Source: an uncultured Acidobacteriota bacterium (GTDB taxonomy: Bacteria > Acidobacteriota > Polarisedimenticolia > J045). Taken from it: a stretch of 64,000 bases of DNA. The notes beneath the pieces are model-generated. The model did no database searches. It saw nothing but the letters and a program-made list of their open reading frames with translations, and was not told the DNA's origin. The stretch spans positions 176,740 through 240,739 of the forward strand of contig CAVPCQ010000012.1 of NCBI GenBank assembly GCA_963702425.1, in the 5' to 3' direction. A program made the translations under genes and the position numbers. Shown here one piece after another: positions 1 to 11,513 of this stretch. Each line of letters opens with the position of its first letter. Positions within the stretch are counted from its first letter, which is position 1.

Positions 1-192
1 ATCGTGCGCCGCGCGCTGGTCGCGCTCGACCCCGGGCAGCCGGGCGCGGCGACCCACGTGCGCGCGGTGCTGGCCCTCTCCCGGGCCGAGGGCCCCGGTA
101 CCGAGGCGCACCTACCGCGCGGGGTCCTCGCACGGCGGGAGGAGGGCCGGGTTATCCTCTCGCGTCCCCCTTGCGCGCAGGACACTCCATGA
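1..192 (+). CDS. tilS: 3' end of probable tRNA(Ile)-lysidine synthetase (partial, runs off window)
   Basis: Open frame from position 1; stop overlaps the hpt ATG (ATGA 189-192). The call rests mainly on the conserved tilS-hpt-ftsH gene order. Confidence 0.6.
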   Translation: MVRRALVALDPGQPGAATHVRAVLALSRAEGPGTEAHLPRGVLARREEGRVILSRPPCAQDTP

Positions 193-710
193 GACGGCTC
201 TCGCCCGAGATCCTGATTCCCGCCGACAAGATCCGCGCCCGCGTGCTCGAGCTGGCCGAGGAGATCGGCCGCGACACGCCGGAGGATGGCGAGATCGCGG
301 TGCTGGTCGTGCTCAAGGGGGCGTTCATCTTCGGTGCCGACCTGGTGCGGGCGATCCCGCGCCGGACGCGGATCGGCTTCCTCGAGTCGCACAAGGACCC
401 GCACAACAAGGGGATGGCCGACTTCATCTTCACCCATCCCTTCCCGGTCGAGGGGGCCGACCTGCTGGTCATCGAGGACATCCTCGACACCGGGTGGACG
501 ATGGACCACATGTTCGCCCGGCTGCGCTCCCGCCGGCCGAAGCGGCTGCGCTCGGTCGTGCTGCTCGACAAGAAGCCGCGGCGGGAGGTCGAAGTGCCGA
601 TCGACTACGTCGGTTTCGAGATCCCGGACGTCTGGGTCGTCGGCTACGGGCTGGACGACGGCGAGACCTTCCGCAATCTCCCGGACGTCCGGTTCACGGT
701 CGAGAGCTGA
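189..710 (+). CDS. hpt: Hypoxanthine phosphoribosyltransferase
   Basis: VLKGAFIFGADL, PRPP-binding LVIEDILDTGWT, LLDK, VVGYGLD...RNLP; upstream of ftsH. Confidence 0.88.
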   Translation: MRRLSPEILIPADKIRARVLELAEEIGRDTPEDGEIAVLVVLKGAFIFGADLVRAIPRRTRIGFLESHKDPHNKGMADFIFTHPFPVEGADLLVIEDILDTGWTMDHMFARLRSRRPKRLRSVVLLDKKPRREVEVPIDYVGFEIPDVWVVGYGLDDGETFRNLPDVRFTVES

Positions 711-805
711 CCGGGCGCCTGCCGGCCCGTTCCGGCCCCGTTTGGCGGGGGAGGTCCCCGGAGCCTTAGAATGTCCCGGAAGGCACCCCCGTCCGGAGGC
801 CCACG

Positions 806-2749
<1,944 letters not shown>

Positions 2750-2774
2750 CCGGCAACCCCTCGCGCGCGCCGCG

Positions 2775-3959
2775 ATGACCGCCCTCGCCTGGGACCTTCT
2801 CCAGCCGGCGGACGTCGCGGCGTTCCTCGGTCCCGAAGGACTGGTCGACCAGGTGTCGCGTGTGCCGTGGCCCTGCCGCGCCGCGCGCCTCGAGCTGCCG
2901 CCAGGCGGCTGCGCGGCGCTTCCCGTCCCGCTCCCGGCGGGGGTCGTCGTGCTGGAAACCGCGCCGGGGCTGGCGGGCGCTCCGGCGCCCGTCTCCGCGG
3001 CGCCGCGCGCGGTGGTCGCCGGGCCGGCCACCGGACTCGCCCAGCTCGGGCCGGCCTGGCCGGAGCTGGCTGCCCTCGTCGCGCGCCTCGAGCGCGCCCC
3101 GCTCCGGCTGCGCTTCGCCGACGACGCGGTCTGGGACCTGTCGGACCGCCCGCACCTCATGGCGGTCCTCAACGTCACCCCCGACTCCTTCTCCGACGGC
3201 GGCCGATTCGAAGCCCCCGCGGATGCGCTGGCCCATGCCGAGCGCTGCCTCGCGGAGGGGGCGGACCTGCTCGACGTCGGCGGCGAGTCGACGCGGCCGG
3301 GAGCCGCGCCGGTGGACGAGGAGGCCGAGTCGCGCCGGGTCGTGCCGGTCGTCGCGGCGCTCCGGGCCCGCTTTCCGGCGGTCCGGATCTCGATCGACAC
3401 CCGCCACGCGGCGGTGGCGCGCCGCGGGCTGGACGCCGGCGCCGACCTGATCAACGACGTCTCGGCCGGCGCTGATCCGGCGCTGCTGCCGCTGGCGGCC
3501 GCGGCCGGGGTCCCGGTCGCACTGATGCACATGCGCGGCGAACCGGCGACGATGCAGCGCGGCACCGGCTACGCGGACCTCGTCGGCGAGGTCGCGGAGG
3601 CGCTCGGCTCGGCCGCCGAACGCGCGCGGAGAGCTGGCGTCGCGGATGATAGAATCCTGCTCGATCCGGGCCTCGGCTTCGGCAAGTCGGCGGAGGGGAA
3701 CGAGTTGCTGCTCCGCCAGCTCGGTGCGCTGCGCAGCCTCGGGTACCCGATCCTGGTCGGGGCCTCGAGGAAGGCGTTCATCGGTCGTCTGACCGGCGTG
3801 CGCGATCCGGCCGCGCGGCTCGCCGGCAGTGTGGCGGCGGCGGTCGTCGCCGCGCTGCGGGGGGCGGCGATGCTTCGCGTCCATGACGTCGGGGCCACGC
3901 GCGAGGCCCTGGCGGTTGCGGCGGCGCTGCGCCGCGCGCGGGGGACGGACGGGTGCTGA
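2775..3959 (+). CDS. folP: Dihydropteroate synthase with ~125-aa N-terminal extension
   Basis: LNVTPDSFSDGG, DVGGESTRPG, ISIDT, LMHM, DPGLGFGK, GASRKAF, RVHDV. Confidence 0.95.
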   Translation: MTALAWDLLQPADVAAFLGPEGLVDQVSRVPWPCRAARLELPPGGCAALPVPLPAGVVVLETAPGLAGAPAPVSAAPRAVVAGPATGLAQLGPAWPELAALVARLERAPLRLRFADDAVWDLSDRPHLMAVLNVTPDSFSDGGRFEAPADALAHAERCLAEGADLLDVGGESTRPGAAPVDEEAESRRVVPVVAALRARFPAVRISIDTRHAAVARRGLDAGADLINDVSAGADPALLPLAAAAGVPVALMHMRGEPATMQRGTGYADLVGEVAEALGSAAERARRAGVADDRILLDPGLGFGKSAEGNELLLRQLGALRSLGYPILVGASRKAFIGRLTGVRDPAARLAGSVAAAVVAALRGAAMLRVHDVGATREALAVAAALRRARGTDGC

Positions 3960-4807
3960 TCCAGCGGCTGGTCGAGGCCCTGCGCCTGGAACAACTGCGC
4001 GACCCGCTGGCGTGGCTCGACGTCGTCCTGCTCGCGTTCGTCATCTACCAGGTGCTGCTGATGATCCGGCGCACGCGCGCGGTCCAGGTCACCTACGGCC
4101 TGCTGCTGCTGCTGGTGCTCTGGTTCTTCACCGATCCTTCCGGTCTGCTGCCGCTCAGGGCGCTCCACGAGGTGCTCGGGACGCTGCTCTTCTACCTGCC
4201 GTTCGTCGTGATCGTGCTGTTCCAGTCGTCGATCAAGCAGGCCCTGGCGCGCTTCGGCGCGCTGTCGTTCCTGCCGCTGCGGCAGCCGGAAGTCGGCGAT
4301 CCGGCGATCCTCGAGGCGGCCCTCGCCGCCTCTTCGATGGCCTCGACCCGGACCGGTGCGCTGATCGTCTTCGAACGGATCCAGGGGCTGAAGAGCTACG
4401 CCGACACCGGGATCGCGCTCGACGCCGCGGTCAGCTACGACCTGCTGGTCAACATCTTCACGCCGCGCACGCCGCTGCACGACGGCGCGGTGATCATCGG
4501 CGAGGGGCGGATCAAGGCCGCCAGCGCCTTCCTGCCACTGTCGACCGATCCCTTCATCTCGCGCACCTTCGGGACCCGGCACCGGGCCGCACTGGGGATC
4601 ACCTCGGAGACCGACGCGGTCGCCGTGGTGGTCTCGGAGGAGCGCGGCATGGTCTCGATCGCGGTCGACGGCCGACTGGAGCAGGACCTCGACACCCGCC
4701 GGCTGCGCGAGCGCCTGACGCAGCTCCTCTCTCCCGAGCGCGGCCGGCGCGGGCGGCGCCGGCGCGCCGCGGCGCGGCTCGCCGCCTCCCGCGGGGCCGC
4801 GTCATGA
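3953..4807 (+). CDS. cdaA: Diadenylate cyclase CdaA/DacA
   Basis: Three N-terminal TM helices, GALIV, PLHDGA and GTRHRAA motifs, VSEERG. Confidence 0.95.
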   Translation: MLIQRLVEALRLEQLRDPLAWLDVVLLAFVIYQVLLMIRRTRAVQVTYGLLLLLVLWFFTDPSGLLPLRALHEVLGTLLFYLPFVVIVLFQSSIKQALARFGALSFLPLRQPEVGDPAILEAALAASSMASTRTGALIVFERIQGLKSYADTGIALDAAVSYDLLVNIFTPRTPLHDGAVIIGEGRIKAASAFLPLSTDPFISRTFGTRHRAALGITSETDAVAVVVSEERGMVSIAVDGRLEQDLDTRRLRERLTQLLSPERGRRGRRRRAAARLAASRGAAS

Positions 4808-5475
4808 GCCGCTTGCGCCGCGCTCTCGGCCAGAACCTCGGCCTGAAGCTCGTCTCGCTCGGACTGGCCTACCTGGTCTGGGCCTGGGTCGTCGGCCGTG
4901 CCCCGCTGGTGCGCTTCGAACAGATCCCGATCGACCTGCAGGCCCCCTCGGGCGTAGTCGTGCTCGAGTTCTCGCCGGCCACGGTGACGGTCCGCCTGCA
5001 GGGCGATCCCGGCGTCGTGCGCCGCATCAACAGCGCCGACGTCGTGGCGCGGATCCGCGCCCCGCGCGTCGACGGGCGCGCGACCAAGACGCTGACGATC
5101 GAGCCCGAGAACGTCGTCGGGCTCCCGTCGGGGGTCGACGTGCAGCTCCGCGAGCCGCAGGTCAAGGCGGTGCTCGAGAGCGCACTGGTCAAGACCGTGC
5201 GCGTCATCCCGCGCACGACCGGCCGCGTGCCGTTCGGGTACCGGGTCGTCCAGCTGCAGAGCGATCCCGGCGTCGTGACCGTGCGGGGCCCGGTGAGCGC
5301 GGTGCGCCCACTGCAGACCGTCGCGACCGAAGAGATCGAGCTTGCCGGCCACAGCCTGCCGTTCACCGCGCGCTCCACCCTGGCGCGCACCGAATCCCAC
5401 CTGACCTTCGACCCGGAGGCGGTCCGGGTGTCGATCGACATCCAGCCGCTCCCGGAGCTTCCCGACCAGGACTGA
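4804..5475 (+). CDS. cdaR: CdaR/YbbR-domain protein
   Basis: NLGLKLVSLGLAYLVW anchor, YbbR-like repeats (VTVRLQG, VTVRGP); ATGA-coupled to cdaA, before glmM. Confidence 0.85.
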   Translation: MSRLRRALGQNLGLKLVSLGLAYLVWAWVVGRAPLVRFEQIPIDLQAPSGVVVLEFSPATVTVRLQGDPGVVRRINSADVVARIRAPRVDGRATKTLTIEPENVVGLPSGVDVQLREPQVKAVLESALVKTVRVIPRTTGRVPFGYRVVQLQSDPGVVTVRGPVSAVRPLQTVATEEIELAGHSLPFTARSTLARTESHLTFDPEAVRVSIDIQPLPELPDQD

Positions 5476-5502
5476 CCCGCCGGCGACACACGAGGACGAC
5501 CC

Positions 5503-6858
5503 TTGAGAAAGCTCTTCGGTACGGATGGCATGCGCGGCGCGGCGGGCACTCCGCCACTCGACCCCGTTTCCCTCTACCGCCTCGGCCGCGCCGTGGTGGC
5601 GTCGCTCGAGCCCGGCCCGCGCGGCGACGCGCCGGCACGGATCTGCCTCGGGATGGACACGCGCGAGTCGTGCCCGTGGATCGCGGCCGCGCTCGCCCAG
5701 GGGATCCGCGACGCGGGCGGCGAGCCGGTGAGCGCGGGGATCATGCCGACCCCTGCCCTCGCGCTGGTGGTCCGCGAGGGGAGCTTCCGCGCCGGGCTGA
5801 TGGTCTCGGCGTCCCACAACCCTTACCAGGACAACGGCGTCAAGGTACTCGACGCCACCGGGACCAAGCTCCCCGACGGCGACGAGGCACGGCTCGAGCG
5901 GCTGATGGAGCAGCAGCCGGAGCCTGAGGGCTGCGGCGACGCCGACGGCGGTCTGATCGACGAATCGACGAGCCTGGACGAGCACTACCTCGCGTTCCTC
6001 GCACGCTGCCTCGAAGGGGCCTCCTTCAAGGGGCTGCGGGTCGCGCTCGACACCGCCCACGGTGCCGCGCACCGGCTGGCGCCGGAGGCGTTCCGGCGCG
6101 CCGGGGCGGAGGTCTTGCAGATCGGCGGAGCGCCCGACGGGAGGAACATCAACGACGGGCTCGGATCGCTCCACCCCGAGGCGCTGGAGCGCACCGTGCG
6201 CGAGTCGGGTGCGCACATCGGGTTCGCCTTCGACGGAGACGCCGACCGCTGCATCGGCGTGACCTCCTCAGGCGGACTGCTCGACGGCGACTTCATGCTC
6301 TACTACATGGGCCGGGTGCTCCACGACACGCGGCGGCTCGCCTACTGCACGGTGGTCGCGACCTCGATGAGCAACTTCGGCCTCGAGAAGGCGCTGCGGG
6401 CCGAGGAGATCCGGCTCGTGCGGACCGACGTCGGCGACCGCTACGTGCTGCAGGCGCTCAAGGAGGGCGGATTCGTCCTGGGCGGCGAGCAGTCCGGGCA
6501 CGTCATCCTGATGCACTACGCGCCATCGGGCGACGGCATCCTGACTGCGCTGACGCTGGCGCGGATGTGGCGCAGCGGGGGCGGCGACCTCGACGAGGCC
6601 CTGGCCCTGATGCCGCGCTACCCGCAGGTGCTCAAGAACCTCCGGGTCCGCGAGAAGCCGCCGATCGCCGAGCGTCCGGTGCTGGCGGCTGCGGTCCGTG
6701 CGGCAGAAGAGGCGCTCGCCGGCGACGGCCGGGTCGTGGTGCGCTACTCCGGCACGGAGCCGCTGCTGCGGGTGATGGTCGAGGGACCGGAGCGCCAGCG
6801 CGTGGAGCAGATCGCGGGCACGGTGCTCGAGGCCTTCCGGCGCGAGGTCGGGGCGTAA
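5503..6858 (+). CDS. glmM: Phosphoglucosamine mutase
   Basis: KLFGTDGMRG, SASHNP, FDGDADR, GGEQSGH, RYSGTEP; TTG start. Confidence 0.95.
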   Translation: MRKLFGTDGMRGAAGTPPLDPVSLYRLGRAVVASLEPGPRGDAPARICLGMDTRESCPWIAAALAQGIRDAGGEPVSAGIMPTPALALVVREGSFRAGLMVSASHNPYQDNGVKVLDATGTKLPDGDEARLERLMEQQPEPEGCGDADGGLIDESTSLDEHYLAFLARCLEGASFKGLRVALDTAHGAAHRLAPEAFRRAGAEVLQIGGAPDGRNINDGLGSLHPEALERTVRESGAHIGFAFDGDADRCIGVTSSGGLLDGDFMLYYMGRVLHDTRRLAYCTVVATSMSNFGLEKALRAEEIRLVRTDVGDRYVLQALKEGGFVLGGEQSGHVILMHYAPSGDGILTALTLARMWRSGGGDLDEALALMPRYPQVLKNLRVREKPPIAERPVLAAAVRAAEEALAGDGRVVVRYSGTEPLLRVMVEGPERQRVEQIAGTVLEAFRREVGA

Positions 6859-6896
6859 CCGCCGCCGACCCGAGGCCGGCACGAGGAGAGGAACGC

Positions 6897-7613
6897 ATGA
6901 GCCGCCTGTCCGTGAACATCGACCACATCGCCACCCTTCGCCAGGCACGCCGCGCGGCGGAGCCCGACCCGGTCGCCGCCGCCGTGCTGTGCGAGCTGGC
7001 GGGGGCCGGGGGGATCACCGTCCACCTGCGCGGCGACCGCCGCCACATTCAGGACCGCGACCTCGAGCGGCTGCGCGAGACGGTCACGACGCGCCTCAAC
7101 GTCGAGATGGCGGCGACGACCGAGATGCTCCGGATCGCGCGGCAGGTGCGGCCGGACGTCGTGACGCTGGTGCCGGAGAAGCCGGGCGAGCTGACGACCT
7201 CGGGCGGGATCGATGTGGCCCGCCTGGCCGGGCGCCTCAAGCCACACGTGCGCGCGCTCAAGCGCTCCGGGATCGCCGTCAGCCTGTTCATCGACCCGGT
7301 GGAGAAGCAGGTCGAGGCCGCGGCAGCGATCGGCGCGCCGATCGTCGAGCTGAACACCAACGCCTACTCGACCGCCCGCACCGGGGCAGCGCAGGCCCGG
7401 GCCTACGACGAGCTGATCGTCGCCGCCTGCCGGGCCGACGAGCTGGCGCTGATGGTCGCCGCCGGGCACGGGCTGACGGTGCGCAACGTGCGGCCGATCG
7501 TCGACATCCCGGAGATCTTCGAGCTCAACATCGGCCACAGCATCGTGGCCCGCGCGACGCTCCTGTCGCTCGACGGCGCGGTGCGGGAGATGCTGGCCGC
7601 GATGAACGGCTAG
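6897..7613 (+). CDS. pdxJ: Pyridoxine 5'-phosphate synthase
   Basis: LSVNIDHIATLRQAR, ITVHLRGDRRHI, LVPEK, SLFID, AGHGL, ELNIGHSI. Confidence 0.96.
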   Translation: MSRLSVNIDHIATLRQARRAAEPDPVAAAVLCELAGAGGITVHLRGDRRHIQDRDLERLRETVTTRLNVEMAATTEMLRIARQVRPDVVTLVPEKPGELTTSGGIDVARLAGRLKPHVRALKRSGIAVSLFIDPVEKQVEAAAAIGAPIVELNTNAYSTARTGAAQARAYDELIVAACRADELALMVAAGHGLTVRNVRPIVDIPEIFELNIGHSIVARATLLSLDGAVREMLAAMNG

Positions 7614-7623
7614 GCGGGCGGGC

Positions 7624-8607
7624 TCAGGCCGGAGGCAGCGCGTCCGGCCGCTCGTCGAGCACCTCGTCCGGGACCGCCGCCGCCGCGTCGACGAGGACCT
7701 CGACCCCGGCTCCCTCTCGGACCGAGCGCTCGGTCAGGATTCGCCGCCAGGCGCGCGCGCCCGGCCGGCCGTGCATCAGCCCCAGCAGGCCGTGGACCAG
7801 GTGCGAGAGGAAGACCCCCTCCTCGCGCCGCCGCGCGACGTACGGCAGCACGCGCTCGATCGCCTCGCGCCGGGTCGGTCCGGGTGCGGTGTCGCCGAAG
7901 ATCGTCGCGTCGGCTTCGGCGAGCAGCCACGGGTCCTCGCAGGCGGCGCGGCCGATCATCGCCCCGTCGACCTGCGCGAGGTGCGCGTGCGCCTCACCCA
8001 GCGAGGCGATCCCGCCGTTGGTCTCGATCGCCAGGTGCCGCCGTTCGCGCTTGAGCCGGTGGACCTCGTCGTGGCGCAGCGGCGGGACGTCGCGGTTCTC
8101 CTTCGGGCTGAGACCGGAGAGCCACGCCTTGCGGGCGTGGACGATGAAGCGGTCGCAACCGGCGGCCGCGACCGTGTCGACGAAGGCCAGCATGTCCTCG
8201 TAGCGGTCGAGGTCGTCGACGCCGATCCGATGCTTGACCGTCACCGGGAGCGCGACCGCGGCGCGCATCGCGGCGACGCACTCAGCGACCCGCACCGGCT
8301 CCTTCATCAGGCAGGCCCCGAAACGCCCCTGCTGCACGCGGTCCGAGGGGCAGCCGGCGTTCAGGTTGATCTCGTCGTAGCCCAGCTCCTCACCGATCCG
8401 CGCCGCCGCGGCCAGCGCGCGCGGATCGTCGCCGCCGAGCTGCAACGCGAGCGGGCGCTCCTCGGGATCGAAGCCGAGCAGCCGTACGCGGTCACCGTGC
8501 AGGACCGCACCGGTCGTGACCATCTCCGAGTAGAGCAAGGTACGCCGAGTCAGCTGGCGCAGCAGGAAGCGGAAGTGCCGGTCGGTGCGGGCCATCATCG
8601 GCGCCAC
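7624..8607 (-). CDS. dusA: tRNA-dihydrouridine(20/20a) synthase; true start probably further upstream (possible indel, GTG at 8686)
   Basis: (PLSV)APMM..TDRHFR, YSEMV, LQLGG, NLNAGCPSDRV, KHRIG, VHARKAWLSGLSPKENR, NGG, MIGR. Confidence 0.93.
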   Translation of the reverse strand: MAPMMARTDRHFRFLLRQLTRRTLLYSEMVTTGAVLHGDRVRLLGFDPEERPLALQLGGDDPRALAAAARIGEELGYDEINLNAGCPSDRVQQGRFGACLMKEPVRVAECVAAMRAAVALPVTVKHRIGVDDLDRYEDMLAFVDTVAAAGCDRFIVHARKAWLSGLSPKENRDVPPLRHDEVHRLKRERRHLAIETNGGIASLGEAHAHLAQVDGAMIGRAACEDPWLLAEADATIFGDTAPGPTRREAIERVLPYVARRREEGVFLSHLVHGLLGLMHGRPGARAWRRILTERSVREGAGVEVLVDAAAAVPDEVLDERPDALPPA

Positions 8608-8800
8608 GGACAGCGGCCGCAGGATGCCGCGGCGCGGCGCGGGGACTTCCCGGGTTCTCCGCGTTCGGACTGCTGGTCTCGATCACCGGGGACGGCGTCG
8701 GCGGAGGCGACTTCTAGCGGCTGGTCGTGCTGGCCTCGCCGGGCGCTGGGCCTGGCGTACGGCCTCCGCGGACGATGCGCGGGCCGCGGGAGGGCCGTCG

Positions 8801-9511
8801 ATGAAGCCGGTGCTGATCGTCCGCCACGCGCCCAGCGAAGGGCCGGGGTAGCCTCACGGAGTGGCTCGACGCGCGCGGTGCACCGTGGCAACTCCTCGCG
8901 GTCGACGAGGGGCGCGCGCTGCCGGCGCGGCCTGACGGCCACGGGGCGCTGGTCTTCATGGGCGGCCCGATGAGCGCCAACGACCCGCTCCCATGGGTGG
9001 CGGACGCGCTGGCGCTGATCCGGCGGGCACACGGCGCGGGGATCCCGGTGCTGGGGCACTGCCTGGGCGCGCAGTTGCTGGCGAAGGCGCTGGGCGGGCA
9101 GGTCGTGCGCAGCGCGGTGCCGGAGATCGGCTGGCTGCCGGTCGAGGCCGCCCCGACGCGCGAGGCCGCGGCGGCCGTCGCGGAGGGCTGGCTCCCGGCG
9201 TCGTTCGAGGCGTTCCACTGGCACGGCGAGACCTTCTCGCTGCCGGAGGGGGCCGCGTGGCTGCTGCGGAGCGCCACCTGCGCCCATCAGGCCTTCGCAC
9301 TCGGGCGCTCGCTGGGGCTGCAGTTCCACGTCGAGATGACGGCGCAGATGGTGGGCGACTGGGCGGCCAGCGGCGCGGCCGAGCTGGCGCGGCCGGCGGC
9401 GGCGACGGTGCAGGACGCCGCCGGGATGACCACGCGGCTCGAGGAGCGGATCGCCGCGCTCCACGCCGTCGCCGACGCGTTCTATTCGCGGTGGTGGCAG
9501 CGGAGCTCTGA
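8801..9511 (+). CDS. Class I glutamine amidotransferase (GMP-synthase-like), split by indels near 8849 and 9495
   Basis: MKPVLIVRHAPSEGPG continues as SLTEWLDARG..MGGPMSAND if one G of the G4 run is removed; GHCLGAQL, WHGETF, LQFHVE catalytic triad motifs. Confidence 0.85.
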
Positions 9512-9524
9512 GGCCGGCCCCTAC
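9510..9524 (-). repeat. Truncated GTAG-type REP copy
   Basis: Minus strand GTAGGGGCCGGCCTC, identical to the 5' part of the REP; its TAG is the stop codon of the 9521-10528 gene. Confidence 0.7.
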
Positions 9525-10528
9525 GATTTGTCCTTGAAGTCGGCCGGGATCGTCACCTCGGCATCCGGAACGGTCGAACCGGCGGAGACGATCGTCGAGG
9601 TCGAGCGGAAGAGCGTCGTGCGGCCCGGAGTTCCACCCTCCGCCGGCGCTTCCTTCTTCTTCATCATCTTCTTGCCCAGGCCGCCGAGCAGTCCTCCGAC
9701 CGAGGTCGGCGTCGACTCCTTCTCCTCGGCCGCCTGCTGCTTCTGCTGCTCGGGCGAGGCGACCGTATCGAACACCATCGTCGTACGGATCGGCGAGCCG
9801 CTCATGTCGACCTGCTTCTCCTGCAGCTTCTTCATCGCCTCCGCGAACTGCGGGTTGGTCGCGATCAGGGCCGCCATCTGCTGCATCTCGGCGCCGAACG
9901 TCTCGAACAGCCCGATCGCCTTGAAGTAGCGCATGTGGAAGGCCGCCTGCTCCTTCAGTTCCTTCAGCTCCGGCCCGAGCCAGCTGTCGAGCGTGACGAC
10001 GATCCCGCCGCCCCCCTCGAGCGTCTGTCCCTTCGGGTGGCCGGTGACCGTGAGCAGGACCTCGCGGGTGTCGTAGCCGGAGATGACCTCCTTCTTGCCG
10101 GTCTCCTTCAGGTCGACCGTCCACTCGTATTCGACCTGGTCCGCCGGGGGCGCCTCGCCCTGCTCGGCCTGCTGCTTCTTCGCGTCCTCCAGCGCCTTTT
10201 TCATCTCTTCACGGATCTGGGCGAAGGTCTTGACCGTGTACTTCTTCTTGTCGAAGTTGATCTCGTAGACCTTCTCCGCCGCGAGGTCGATCAGCTCGCC
10301 CGTGTCCATCGTCTTCGACATCAGGCGCTCGCCCTTCAGGGCGTCGATCGAAGTGACCCCTTCGCGCGCCGCCTTGCCGCCGAAGGTCCGGAACATCGAC
10401 CCGAGGAAACCCCCGAACTCGACCTTGGCGTGCTGTTCGACCCGCGCGTCGGCGAGGGCCGGGAGCAGGCCGAACGGGAGCAGCAGCACCGGAACCAGGA
10501 GAATCGAGACCCGCCTGCGCGCGTTCAT
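9521..10528 (-). CDS. Secreted hypothetical protein (335 aa)
   Basis: AAAGGAG RBS, signal peptide ending ALA-D, Lys/Glu-rich, strong coding bias. Confidence 0.8.
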   Translation of the reverse strand: MNARRRVSILLVPVLLLPFGLLPALADARVEQHAKVEFGGFLGSMFRTFGGKAAREGVTSIDALKGERLMSKTMDTGELIDLAAEKVYEINFDKKKYTVKTFAQIREEMKKALEDAKKQQAEQGEAPPADQVEYEWTVDLKETGKKEVISGYDTREVLLTVTGHPKGQTLEGGGGIVVTLDSWLGPELKELKEQAAFHMRYFKAIGLFETFGAEMQQMAALIATNPQFAEAMKKLQEKQVDMSGSPIRTTMVFDTVASPEQQKQQAAEEKESTPTSVGGLLGGLGKKMMKKKEAPAEGGTPGRTTLFRSTSTIVSAGSTVPDAEVTIPADFKDKS

Positions 10529-10579
10529 GGTCGTCTTCGCTCCTTTCGTGCGTGTCGTGCCTGCCATTATGATCCGCCC

Positions 10580-11461
10580 ATGACCAGTCGTCCCAGCCGG
10601 GCCAGGGTCGTCGCCGTCTTCCTCCTGCTGACCCTGATCTGGGGTACGACCTGGGCCGCGATCCGCTTCAGCCTCGAGGGGATCCCGCCGTTCCTCGGGG
10701 TTTCGCTGCGGTTCGCGCTGGCGGGGGCGCTGCTGGTCGGAATCGCCCTCTGGCAGCGGATTCCGCTGGGACGGTCGCGGACCGAGCGCCGGCTCTGGCT
10801 CGCCAACGGCCTGCTCTCGTTCTGCGCCTCCTACGGGTTGGTGTACTGGGCCGAGCAGTACGTCCCGTCCGGGCTGACCGCCGTCCTGTGGGCGACCTTC
10901 CCGCTGATGGTCGCGGTCATGGCGCACTTCGCCCTGCCGCACGAGAGGATGACCGGGCGCGGCGTGGTCGGCGTGGTCGTCGGGTTCCTGGGGCTGGCGG
11001 TGATCTACTCCGAGGACCTGGGCCGGCTCGGCGGGCCGCAGGTCGCGTTTGCCTCGCTGGTCCTGCTGCTGTCGCCGTTCGTCTCGGCGATCAGCAACGT
11101 CGCGATCAAGCGCTGGGGCAAGGGGATCCCCGCGCTCTCGCTGGCCGGGCCGCCGATGCTGATCGGCGGCGTCGTGATGGCGGGCGTGTCGGCCGTGGTC
11201 GAGCGCAGCGCGCCGGTGACGTGGGGCGCGCGGCCGGTCGCCGCCCTCCTCTACCTGGCGCTCGCCGGCTCGGCGCTGACCTTCAGCCTCTACTACTGGC
11301 TGCTCTCGCACACGACCGTCGTGCGGACCTCGCTGATCTCCTACACGATCCCGGTCGTCGCGCTGGCGATCGGGGTGCTCGTGATGGGCGAGCCGATCAC
11401 CGCCCGCGTGATGGCCGGATCGCTGCTGGTCGTCGGCGGGATCGCTCTGGCGACGGCCTAG
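10580..11461 (+). CDS. EamA/DMT family transporter
   Basis: LIWGTTWAAIR, about ten TM helices, terminal GEPIT motif. Confidence 0.92.
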   Translation: MTSRPSRARVVAVFLLLTLIWGTTWAAIRFSLEGIPPFLGVSLRFALAGALLVGIALWQRIPLGRSRTERRLWLANGLLSFCASYGLVYWAEQYVPSGLTAVLWATFPLMVAVMAHFALPHERMTGRGVVGVVVGFLGLAVIYSEDLGRLGGPQVAFASLVLLLSPFVSAISNVAIKRWGKGIPALSLAGPPMLIGGVVMAGVSAVVERSAPVTWGARPVAALLYLALAGSALTFSLYYWLLSHTTVVRTSLISYTIPVVALAIGVLVMGEPITARVMAGSLLVVGGIALATA

Positions 11462-11513
11462 CTGCGCTGGGCGCTGCCGCCGGTCGGACGCAGCCGCCGG
11501 CCGGCCGCCGCGT

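Noticed and set aside
8846-8851. In-frame TAG in the GATase as pyrrolysine or readthrough
   Set aside because: Homology continues in a different frame; one extra G in a G-run explains it
9512-9929. Long GATase C-terminal extension overlapping the opposite gene
   Set aside because: An indel near 9495 restores a stop at 9511
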